A stretch of 33,600 nt of DNA from Macrostomum lignano. Its lineage: Eukaryota. Made by a program: the position numbers and the translations under genes. The notes under the pieces are model-generated. The model ran no database searches. It saw only the letters and a list, made by a program, of their open reading frames with translations, and was not told the origin of the DNA. The stretch lies in the NCBI GenBank assembly GCA_002269645.1, contig NIVC01001123.1:1-33600 (forward strand). The letters are read 5' to 3'. Of the stretch, positions 23,946 through 33,600 are shown piece by piece. How positions within the stretch are numbered: position 1 is the first letter of the stretch; each line of letters begins with the position of its first letter.

Positions 23946-24604
23946 GCATCTGTGCCTCAGTGCCACTTTCCATCCAGGCGCATCTGTGCCTCAGTGCCAC
24001 TTTCCATCCAGGTGCATCTGTGCCTCAGTGCCACTTTCCATCCAGGTGCATCTGTGCCTCAGTGCCACTTTCCATCCAGGTGCATCTGTGCCTCAGTGCC
24101 ACTTTCCATCCAGGTGCATCTGTGCCTCAGTGCCACTTTCCATCCAGGTACATCTGTGCCTCAGTGCCACTTTCCATCCAGGTGCATCTGTGCCTCAGTG
24201 CCACTTTCCATCCAGGTGCATCTGTGCCTCAGTGCCACTTTCCATCCAGGTGCATCTGTGCCTCAGTGCCACTTTCCATCAGGTACATCTGTGCCTCAGT
24301 GCCACTTTTCATCCAGGTGCATCTGTGCCTCAGTGCCACTTTCCATCAGGTACATCTGTGCCTCAGTGCCACTTTCCATCAGGTACATCTGTGCCTCAGT
24401 GCCACTTTCCATCAGGTACATCTGTGCCTCAGTGCCACTTTCCATCAGGTACATCTGTGCTTCAGTGCCACTTTTCATCCAGGTGCATCTGTGCCTCAGT
24501 GCACTTTCCATCAGGTACATCTGTGCCTCAGTGCCACTTTCCATCAGGTACATCTGTGCTTCAGTGCCACTTTCCATCCAGGTGCATCTGTGCCTCAGTG
24601 CCAC
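23946..24604. repeat. 34/33-bp minisatellite (GCATCTGTGCCTCAGTGCCACTTTCCATCCAGGT), ~20 copies, between NUP155 and SUMF1
   Basis: Tandem periodicity; 34-bp units on the left, 33-bp variant units on the right. Confidence 0.96.
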
Positions 24605-24887
24605 TTATCGGGTAGAATCACAGATACTAAAATAACTAGATGGGCCACTCAGGCATATATGCGTAGTAAAACAGCTTTCTACTTTCAGTTCAGTAGCAAA
24701 GAAGAATACATAAGCTATTTTTTTTTCCTCACTGGCACTAATTTCTCATTTCTGTTGGCATGACAGTTTACTGTTAAATCTGTCAGATTATCGAACAAAT
24801 AATCACAGCGTGTTGATTAGCCAACTGATTTCTTGAATAAGACCGACCGAAGCCCGTTCAGTAAAAGCAACAAAAATCTGCTTTCAG

Positions 24888-26719
24888 GCTACCCAAATAT
24901 TAATCGGTTTTGTTGCCATGGTAACACCGTTGACCGGCCTGGTTGGCGCTGACTGCGGCTGCGCACTCGGCCCTCGCGTGCGTCTGTCTGTCCCGCAGTT
25001 TCCGCCAGCATCGATGCCTGGGCCTCGCCGTCGATTGAAAACGATCGCCTCGTCGGATTTAGCGTCGCCATGGCAACCGTCCCAGCCGGGCAGTACACGG
25101 TCGGCACCGATTCGCCTCAGCTGCCTTCCGACGGGGAATCGCCGGCCCGCCTGGTCCGCTTCCGGCGGCCCTTCCGGTTGGACACCGCTGCCGTGACTCG
25201 CGGCCAATTTGCCCAGTTTGTCCGGGCTACCGGACACCGGACGGACGCCGAGACGGCCGGCGAGTCCTTCGTCCCGGACATCCTGGTCGACGCCGAGACG
25301 TTCAGCGATCCGGTCGTCGTGCCCGGGCGGGTGGCCAACGCGCCCTGGTGGCTGCCGGTGCGCGGAGCCACCTGGCGCCGGCCGGCCGGTCCGGCGAGTC
25401 GAAAGTCGCCGCTGGAGTCGTCGAGTGGGTGCTGCCGGGCTCGTGCCCTAACAGAGAGTTGGGATCTGTCACCTGGAGATGGGATTTCACAAATGAAGTT
25501 GAGATCACAGATCAATTTGGGATCTCACAGATCAATTTGGGATCTCACAGATCAATTTGGGATCTCACAGATCAATTTAGGATCTCACAGATCAACTTGG
25601 GATCTCACAGATCAATTTGGGATCTCACAGATCAATTTGGGATCTCACAGATCAATTTGGGATCTCACAGATCAACTTGGGATCTCACAGATCAACTTTG
25701 GATCTCACAGATCAACTTGGGATCTCACAGATCAACTTGGGATCTCACAGATCAACTTGGGATCTCACAGATCAACTTGGGATCTCACAGATCAACTTGG
25801 GATCTTGCAGTAGCTTGAGTTGGGACTTTAGGATATAGTAGCTCAAGTTACAAGCTACAGAATCCCTATCCTTCCCACTGTCGCAGACTCCCGATTCCGT
25901 CATCCCGCTGTCCACGTCAGCTGGCGAGACGCCGACGCCTACTGCCGCTGGCAGGGGAAGCGGCTGCCCACCGAGGACGAATGGGAGGCGGCCTGCCGGG
26001 CCGGCCTGTCCGACCGCCTGTTCCCGTGGGGCAACGCGCCGAGGCCGGGCGGCCGGCACCGCATGAACATCTGGCAGGGCGAGTTTCCCAGGCTGAACAC
26101 CGCTGACGACGGCTATGTTGGCACCGCGCCGGTAATTCATCAGCATCAATCATCATCATCACCTGGCATTTATTCTGTCAGATACAAGTTTAATTTTCTT
26201 TACACTCTACTTATATTGTCTGTTAGGAGCAAACAGTGCTTTAAAAAAATTTCGCATGAAAAATTTCATCAGTACGAGTATATAAAGCGACTGTTTTGTA
26301 CTACTGGTACTGCTGTTCTCTCCCCCCTCTCCCTCGTTCTTTTGTGCGGACCTAAATATGAACAGCTAGCTTAGCTAACACGAAAGGTTGAAAGCGCTGT
26401 GCAGCGTACGTTCAGGCCTTCTCTCTACTCTATTCACAGTACAGTGCAGTTGGGCTGTCGTGCAGATAAGAGAAGGATAGACTGGGCAGGTAAGTGGGGG
26501 GAGCCTGGCCAAATAACGTTTCTGCAATTCTGCTGCAAATAACGACGAACAAGCTGTTAGAGCACTTTGATTGGCGCTTATATATGATAGGTTCTAAGCC
26601 TGAGTTTAAAATGAATCTCAATAACTGATTAATCCGGCCTGTGAATCGGCTGATAATGTAAACTTTACTCAGTCTAGCATCGGGTACTTTATTAGTCTCT
26701 ATGTCTGTCTGTCTGTCTG

Positions 26720-26792
<73 letters not shown>

Positions 26793-26839
26793 GTCTGTCT
26801 GTCTGTTTGTCTGTCTGCCTGTCTGTCTGTCTGTCTGCC

Positions 26840-26911
<72 letters not shown>

Positions 26912-26917
26912 CCTGTT

Positions 26918-27012
<95 letters not shown>

Positions 27013-27417
27013 GATCCATCCCCCAATTCGCCATCGTAGGTGGACGCGTACGGGCCGCAGAACTCCTTCGGTCTGTACAACATGGTTGGTAACGTGTGGG
27101 AATGGACGGCCAGCCGCTGGGACCGCAACGGCGCACCCGATGAGCTGCCGCAGCGGCCAGCGGCCAGTGATGAGATGACAAAAAAGGGCGGCTCCTTCAT
27201 GTGCCACAAGGTGAGAGTCGACATTTGTACTTTAACTGAAGCTTAGACGGACCAAGTCGAGTGCTGTCCCGTGTATGTTTAAACCTACCTCTTCTATTAC
27301 CGCCCGCAGAGCTACTGCTATCGCTACAGGTGCGCGGCAAGGTCGCAGAACACGGCCGATACTTCCAGCGCTAATATTGGCTTCCGCTGCGCCATCGATG
27401 TGGCTAATTCAGACTGA
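24888..27417 (+). CDS. SUMF1: Formylglycine-generating enzyme (sulfatase-modifying factor 1); 5' end frame-discordant
   Basis: N-terminal frame from 24888: signal-peptide-like [21 protein letters not shown] followed by DCGC. Core frame 25070..25424: [39 protein letters not shown] (donor GTGGGT at 25425; alternative at 25398). Then 25887..26131 ([31 protein letters not shown]), 27040..27210 ([22 protein letters not shown]) and 27310..27417 ([20 protein letters not shown]). The catalytic Cys pair is intact, so this is SUMF1 rather than SUMF2. Confidence 0.93.
24912..24925. promoter_or_regulatory. RFX X-box-like motif GTTGCCATGGTAAC
   Basis: Matches the X-box consensus GTHNYYATRRNAAC but overlaps coding sequence. 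Confidence 0.3.
25064..25077. promoter_or_regulatory. RFX X-box-like motif GTCGCCATGGCAAC
   Basis: Matches the X-box consensus but overlaps coding sequence. Confidence 0.25.
25501..25805. repeat. 20-bp minisatellite (GATCTCACAGATCAA(C/T)TTGG), ~15 copies, SUMF1 intron
   Basis: Period 20 is visible. Confidence 0.96.
26702..27012. repeat. (TGTC)n microsatellite, SUMF1 intron
   Basis: Directly visible. Confidence 0.95.
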
Positions 27418-27451
27418 AACCTCAGCTTGTCTACAATCCCCTCTCTTGGAC

Positions 27452-28295
27452 TCCCTGATCCCTGAGCCTGCCGCTCCAGATCCTCTCTCTCTGGCACTTC
27501 CTGAACCCTGAGCCTGCCGCTCCAGATCCTCTCTCTCTCTCTCTCTCTCTCTGGGACTTCCTGAACCCTGAGCCTGCCGCTCCAGATCCTCTCTCTCTGG
27601 GACTTCCTGATCCCTGAGCCTGCCGCTCCAGATCCTCTCTCTCTCTCTCTGGGACTTCCTGAACCCTGAGCCTGCCGCTCCAGATCCTCTCTCTCTGGGA
27701 CTTCCTGATCCCTGAGCCTGCCGCTCCAGATCCTCTCTCTCTCTCTCTCTGGGACTTCCTGAACCCTGAGCCTGCCGCTCCAGATCCTCTCTCTCTCTCT
27801 CTGGGACTTCCTGAACCCTGAGCCTGCCGCTCCAGATCCCCTCTCTCTGGCACTCCCTGAACCCTGAGCCTGCCGCTCCAGATCCTCTCTCTCTCTGGGA
27901 CTCCCTGAACCCTGAGCCTGCCGCTCCAGATCCCCTCTCTCTCTGGGACTCCCTGAACCCTGAGCCTGCCGCTCCAGATCCCCTCTCTCTGGCACTCCCT
28001 GAACCCTGAGCCTGCCGCTCCAGATCCCCTCTCTCTGGCACTCCCTGAACCCTGAGCCTGCCGCTCCAGATCCTCTCTCTCTGGCACTTCCTGATCCCTG
28101 AGCCTGCCGCTCCAGATCCCCTCTCTCTGGCACTTCCTGAACCCTGAGCCTGCCGCTCCAGATCCTCTCTCTCTGGCACTTCCTGATCCCTGAGCCTGCC
28201 GCTCCAGATCCCCTCTCTCTGGCACTCCCTGAGCCCTGAGCCTGCCGCTCCAGATCCCCTCCCCGGGACTCCCTGAACCCTAAGCCTGGCGCTCC
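27452..28295. repeat. ~46-bp minisatellite with an internal variable (CT)n tract, ~18 copies, just 3' of SUMF1
   Basis: Unit CCTGAGCCTGCCGCTCCAGATCC(CT)nGG(G/C)ACT(T/C)CCTGA(A/T)C. Confidence 0.95.
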
Positions 28296-28654
28296 AGATC
28301 TCCGTTGATTATCCAATAGTCATCACAAAGAAAACTGAAGTTAAGCAATTGATTAAAAATGGAAAAAATATTGAAGCTGAACAATTTTTTTAGATGCATA
28401 ATATATTTTAATGATCTGTCTGATTCTATTTTAGCCTATTAATATTTAAATGTGTCAATTTTTACAGTTCGTAAATTTAAATATATTGATTTTTAATGGT
28501 GCTAATTGGTATTTTCTTATCTATTTCTTTATTCTAACTGTTACTCGTTTGTGTTATTTATTGATTGAACATTTGCGTTTGCTGATATGAATTTTCTATG
28601 CAAGTGTTGGGTTCTCTCGCTACCTTATCGTTTTTTTTTCTAGAAACTCTTGGA

Positions 28655-30487
28655 CAGGGGTCGGCAAACTCCGCCTAGCGGGTCACGGCCACATGCGGCC
28701 CGCGAAGCCTCTCTATCCGGCCCTCATGTCCGTGAAACTCAATGTTTCTGTCTCTTCTCAGCGCTCTTCTCTAATCTCCTCTTCTCTTTTATCTCCCTCA
28801 CCTCCTCTCTCTCTCTTCCTCTCCTCTCTCCTCCTCTCTCTCCTCTCTCCTCTCTCCTCTCCCTTCTCTCCCTCCTCTCTCTCCTCTCTCCTCTCTCCTC
28901 TCCCTTCTCTCCCTCCTCTCTCTCCTCTCTCCTCCTCTCCCTCCTCTCCTCTCTCTCCTCTCTCTCCTCTCTCTCCTCTCTCCTCCTCTCCCTCTCCTCC
29001 TCCTCTCTCCCTCCCCTCTCTCTCTCTCTCTCTCCTCTCTCTCCTCTCTCCTCTCCCTCCTCTCTCCTCCTCTCTCCTCCTCCTCTCCCTCCTCTCTCCT
29101 CTCTCTCCTCTCTCTCTCTCTCTCTCTCCTCTCTCCTCCTCTCCCTCCTCTCTCCTCTCCCTCCTCTCCCTCCTCTCTCCTCCTCTCCCTCCTCTCCCTC
29201 CTCTCCCTCCTCTCCTCCTCTCTCTCCTCTCTCTCCTCTCTCCTCCTCTCCCTCCTCTCCTCCTCTCTCCTCTCTCTCCTCCTCTCCCTCCTCTCCTCCT
29301 CTCTCTCTCTCTCCTCTCTCTCTCCTCCTCTCCTCCTCTCTCCTCCTCTCTCCTCCTCTCCCTCCTCTCCCTCCTCTCTCTCCTCTCTCTCCTCTCTCTC
29401 TCCTCTCCCTCCTCTCCCTCCTCTCTCCTCCTCTCCCTCCTCTCCCTCCTCTCTCTCCTCTCTCTCCTCTCTCCTCTCCTCCTCTCTCCTCCTCTCTCCT
29501 CCTCTCCCTCCTCTCCCTCCTCTCTCTCCTCTCTCTCTCTCCTCTCCCTCCTCTCCCTCCTCTCTCCTCCTCTCCCTCCTCTCCCTCCTCTCTCCTCCTC
29601 TCTCCTCCTCTCTCCTCTCCTCCTCTCTCCTCTCTCTCCTCTCTCTCCTCTCTCCTCCTCTCCTCCTCTCCTCTCCTCCTCTCCCTCCTCTCTCCTCTCT
29701 CTCCTCCTCTCTCCTTCTCTCTCCTCTCCCTCCTCTCTCCTCCTCTCTCCTCTCCTCCTCTCCCTCCTCTCTCCTCTCCCTCCTCTCCCTCCTCTCCCTC
29801 CTCTCTCTCCTCTCTCTCCTCTCTCCTCCTCTCCCTCCTCTCCCTCCTCTCCCTCCTCTCTCCTCCTCTCCCTCCTCTCCTCCTCTCTCCTCTCTCTCCT
29901 CTCTCTCCTCCTCTCCTCCTCTCTCCTCCTCTCTCCTCCTCTCCCTCCTCTCCCTCCTCTCTCTCCTCTCTCTCCTCTCTCTCTCCTCTCCCTCCTCTCC
30001 CTCCTCTCTCCTCCTCCCTCCTCTCCCTCCTCTCTCTCTCCTCTCTCTCCTCTCCTCTCTCCTCTCTCCTCCTCTCTCCTCCTCTCCCTCCTCTCCCTCC
30101 TCTCTCTCCTCTCTCTCTCTCCTCTCCCTCCTCTCCCTCCTCTCTCCTCCTCTCCCTCCTCTCCCTCCTCTCTCCTCCTCTCTCCTCCTCTCTCCTCTCC
30201 TCCTCTCTCCTCTCTCTCCTCTCTCTCCTCTCTCCTCCTCTCCCTCCTCTCTCCTCTCCTCCTCTCCCTCCTCTCTCCTCTCTCTCCTCCTCTCTCCTTC
30301 TCTCTCCTCTTCTCCTCTCTCTCCTCTCTCTCCTCTCTCCTCCTCTCCCTCCTCTCTCCTCCTCTCCCTCTCTCCCTCCTCTCCCTCTCTCTCTCCTCCT
30401 CTCTCCTCCTCTCTCCTCTCTCTCCTCTCTCTCCTCTCTCTCTCCCTCCTCCTCTCCCTCCTCTCTCTCTCCTCTCTCTCCTCTCTC

Positions 30488-30521
<34 letters not shown>

Positions 30522-31538
30522 CTCCCTCCTCCTCTCTCCTCTCTCTCCTCCTCTCCCTCCTCTCCCTCCTCTCTCTCCTCTCTCCTCTCCCTCCTCTCTC
30601 TCTCTCTCTCTCCTCTCTCCTCCTCTCCCTCTCTCCCCTCTCCCTCTCTCCCTCCTCTCTCTCTCCTCCTCTCCTCTCTCCCTCCTCTCTCCTCTCTCTT
30701 CTCTCCTCCTCTCTCTCCCTCTCTCCTCTCTCCTCCTCTCCCTCCTCTCCCTCCTCTCCCTCGTCTCTTTCCTCTCCCTCCTCTCCCTCCTCTCTCTCCT
30801 CTCCTCCTCTCCCTCCTCTCTCCTCCTCTCCTCCCTCCTCTCCCTCGTCTCTCCTCTCCCTCTCTCCTCCTCTCTCTCCTCTCCTCCTCTCCTCCTCTCC
30901 CCTCTCTTTCTCTCTCCTCTCTCTCCCCTCTCCTCCTCTCTCTCCTCTCCCTCCTCTCTCCTCTCTCTCCTCCTCTCTCTCCTCTCTCCCTCTCTCTCCT
31001 CCCTCCTCTCCTCCTCTCCCTCCTCTCTCCTCCTCTCTCTCCCTCTCTCCCTCCTCTCTCCTCCTCTCCTCCTCTCCTCTCTCCTCCTCTCCCTCCTCTC
31101 TCCTCCTCTCTCCTCTCCTCTCTCTCCTCCTCTCCCTCTCCCTCTCTCTCCTCTCCCTCCTCTCTCCTCCTCTCCCTCCTCTCTCTCCTCTCTCTCCTCT
31201 CCCTCCTCTCTCCTCTCCCTCCTCTCTCCTCCTCTCCCTCCTCTCTCCTCCTCTCCCTCCTCTCCCTCCTCTCTCCTCTCCCTCCTCTCTCCTCCTCTCC
31301 TCCTCTCCCTCCTCTCTCTCCTCCTCTCTCTCTCTCCTCCTCTCTCCTCTCTCTCCTCTCTCCCATCTCTCTCCTCTCTCTCCTTTCCTCTCTGCTCTCT
31401 TCTCTCTTTTCCCTCGCCTCACCTTTGTTGTCATAGTTCCCTTCTCTCTTTTCCATCTCCTCTCTCCCCTCCTCTGGCCGCAGTCATGCTCTCGGTTTTC
31501 TTTCTAGCCATTGAGGTAAAAAGGTTTGCCGAGCCCTG
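28655..31538. mobile_element. Non-autonomous hAT (Charlie-type) element whose interior is a polypyrimidine tract
   Basis: 15-bp TIRs CAGGGGTCGGCAAAC (28655-28669) and GTTTGCCGAGCCCTG (31524-31538), 14/15 complementary. Charlie-like subterminal GGCCACATGCGGCCC at 28687-28701. The 8-bp flanks CTCTTGGA / CTCTAAGA (6/8 identical) resemble the NTCTAGAN target. Confidence 0.8.
28780..31475. repeat. ~2.7-kb low-complexity polypyrimidine (CTC/CTCT/CTCTC) tract
   Basis: Between 28801 and 31364 I see only two purines (G at 30763 and 30847). Confidence 0.98.
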
Positions 31539-32215
31539 CTCTAAGAAGAGGGAAGGTCATCAATTCCCTTTCCAGATACTGTTGCTGCCGCGTTCTCTAA
31601 ATGTCCGCGTACGCTCATTCCTATCCCGAGACCCGGCCAGCCATGGTAACAGCCAATAGCGCGCTTGAATCCTACCGCTGTTACCCACTGCAAGCGCTCC
31701 CTATTCCATTGCGCAGCACAGTACAGTTCTCTTTCAATCAAGCTAGCAGCTTTTTGCGCGAACAATACTAAGCTATCCCATAATCTTCTTCAGCCAGCTT
31801 GGTGCACTTTTATCAGACGGGACCTGTCTCTAAGATTGAAGGGTAAGTTTCTTTATGGCATGTCTGCATGAGAAATATACAAATTTTATTAATTACATCT
31901 ATAAAATATCCCAACTGACCCGGGTTACCAACCCTCCTCCGTCCCGTTCACTCCTTAGCTCTATTGTTCTTCTATTGATCTGGCCGTTGACCGTGCAGTA
32001 TCCAGTTTATATATCTACATATAGTGGCTAGGCTTGTCCTATGCTGCCAGGACTCTACATTGCGGATAGTTTAGCTTTGCACTATTTGTTTAATCTAGCC
32101 GACTATCCAGCCCTAGAACAAGCCGACTTGATTATCCTTCAAGCGTAATAACCAGTGCTATGGTAAGCCTGTACTATCAGGTTCCTAATGTTTTTTAATT
32201 ATTGCTTGTTTTTAA

Positions 32216-32475
32216 GGGCGTTGTAGCCCCTAGTGGTTGGGGAATCGGACTCAAGACTTGAAGGTCGGGGGTTCGATTCTTGATTCCAGTCGGAACAATT
32301 TGTGTCCTTGAGCAAGACACACTTAAGAGGGTGTGTGTGTGGCGACTCCCCCAGTCCTTGGACTGAACAGCCGTACGGGCCTTCAGATGCACCGCGCAAT
32401 AGCTGCGACTGAGCTGTCGGTTGCACATCTGGCCCAATTCGGGCAGGTTAATCAATAATAATAATTATTATTACT
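32216..32475 (+). mobile_element. tRNA-derived SINE with a V-domain-like core and (AAT)n tail
   Basis: A-box-like TAGCCCCTAGTGG (~32223-32235) and B-box GGTTCGATTC (32270-32279). TGTGTCCTTGAGCAAGACAC (32301-32320) resembles the central V-SINE core motif. The element ends in AATAATAAT at ~32455-32470. Confidence 0.7.
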
Positions 32476-32599
32476 GTTTATAGAAAATGCTCGAACAGTG
32501 TCGCATTGTTTCAGTATAATTCTACTTAATACCGCTTGGCTTTCCTGCTCTATAAGACGTTGCATTAATTTTGTTTTATAGGTTTCTAAATCGTACAAA

Positions 32600-32616
32600 A
32601 TGAAAAAGTCGAAGGC
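32600..32616 (+). CDS. Probable first coding exon (MKKSKA...) of an unidentified gene continuing beyond the window
   Basis: Exon 32582..32616 lies between a ttttatag acceptor and a perfect GTAAGT donor and contains AAAATG. An upstream GTAAGT donor at 31843 would end a non-coding first exon. Too short to identify. Confidence 0.4.
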
Positions 32617-32711
32617 GTAAGTATTTTAATTTTTAATGAGCTGCTGGATTGTTTCAGCGTTGTTTAGCATAGATACCGCTAGACCAGACCCGGGTGTGTA
32701 GTAAGAGCAAG

Positions 32712-33600
32712 AGATGAGAGAAGAAGTGGGGAAGAGAGGGGAGAGATGATGGAAGAGTGGGGGAGAGATGAGGGAAGAGAGGGGAGAGATGAGGGAAGAG
32801 AGGGGAGAGATGAGGGAAGAGAGGGGGAGAGATGAGGGAAGAGAGGGGAGAGATGAGGGAAAAGAGGGGAGAGATGAGGGAAGAGAGGGGAGAGATGAGG
32901 GAAGAGAGGGAAGAGATGAGGGAAGAGAGGGGAGAGATGAGGGAAGAGAGGGGAAGAGATGAGGGAAGAGAGGGGAAGAGATGAGGGAAGAGAGGGGAGA
33001 GATGAGGGAAAAGAGGGGAGAGATGAGGGAAGAGAGGGGGAAAAGATGATGGAAGAGAGGTGGAGAGATGATGGAAGAGAGGGGGAGAGATGAGGGAAGA
33101 GAGGGGGAGAGATGAGGGAAGAGAGGGGAGAGATGAGGGAAGAGAGGGGGAGAGATGAGGGAAGAGAGGGGAGAGATGAGGGAAGAGAGGGGAGAGATGA
33201 GGGAAGAGAGGGGAGAGATGAGGGAAGAGAGGGGGAGAGATGAGGGAAGAGAGGGGAAGAGATGAGGGAAGAGAGGGGAAGAGATGAGGGAAGAGAGGGG
33301 AGAGATGAGGGAAAAGAGGGGGAGAGATGAGGGAAGAGAGGGAGAGATGAGGAAAAGAGGGGGAGAGATGAGGGAAGAGAGGGGAGAGATGAGGGAAGAG
33401 AGGGGAAGAGATGAGGAAGAGAGGGGGAGAGATGAGGGAAGAGAGGGGAGAGATGAGGGGAGAGATGAGGGAAGAGAGGGGAGAGATGAGGGAAGAGAGG
33501 GGGAGAGATGAGGGAAGAGAGGGAAGAGATGAGGGGGGAGAGATGAGGGGGAAGAGAGGGGAAGAGAGTTGGGAGAGAGATGGAGAGAGGGGAGAGATGA
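32712..33600. repeat. Purine-rich 21-22-bp minisatellite (GATGAGGGAAGAGAGGGGAGA) running off the window end
   Basis: Tandem periodicity; almost C-free. Confidence 0.96.

Noticed and set aside
28650-31659. Four 880-990 aa ORFs (Ser/Leu/Pro-rich on +, Glu/Arg/Gly-rich on -)
   Set aside because: A C/T-only tract cannot contain stop codons on either strand, so these ORFs are compositional artefacts.
32216-32290. Functional tRNA gene
   Set aside because: The A-box is degenerate, there is no acceptor stem or cloverleaf, and it continues into a SINE core and tail.

Overview
Eukaryotic (metazoan) genomic DNA. The GC-rich, Ala-run exons and AT-rich or satellite-filled introns suggest a free-living flatworm such as Macrostomum; this is inference, not a database result. 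Five spliced genes could be reconstructed by hand, all on the + strand: CDC16/APC6 (4 coding exons), a C5orf63/DUF836-type glutaredoxin-like gene, an interferon regulatory factor (IRF) with a five-Trp DNA-binding domain, NUP155 (9 exons, ~1324 aa) and SUMF1/FGE. A probable sixth gene begins near the right end. Mobile DNA comprises a dead but full-length mariner with perfect 34-bp TIRs, a palindromic MITE, a hAT/Charlie-type element whose interior is a ~2.6-kb polypyrimidine tract, and two tRNA-derived SINE-like sequences. Most introns carry their own mini- or microsatellite, and the long ORFs in the ORF track over these arrays are artefacts. The most interesting signal is that SUMF1 and the glutaredoxin have targeting peptides with no ATG of their own, each starting in phase 0 right after a splice acceptor. 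This would fit initiation from the 3'-terminal AUG of a flatworm spliced leader.
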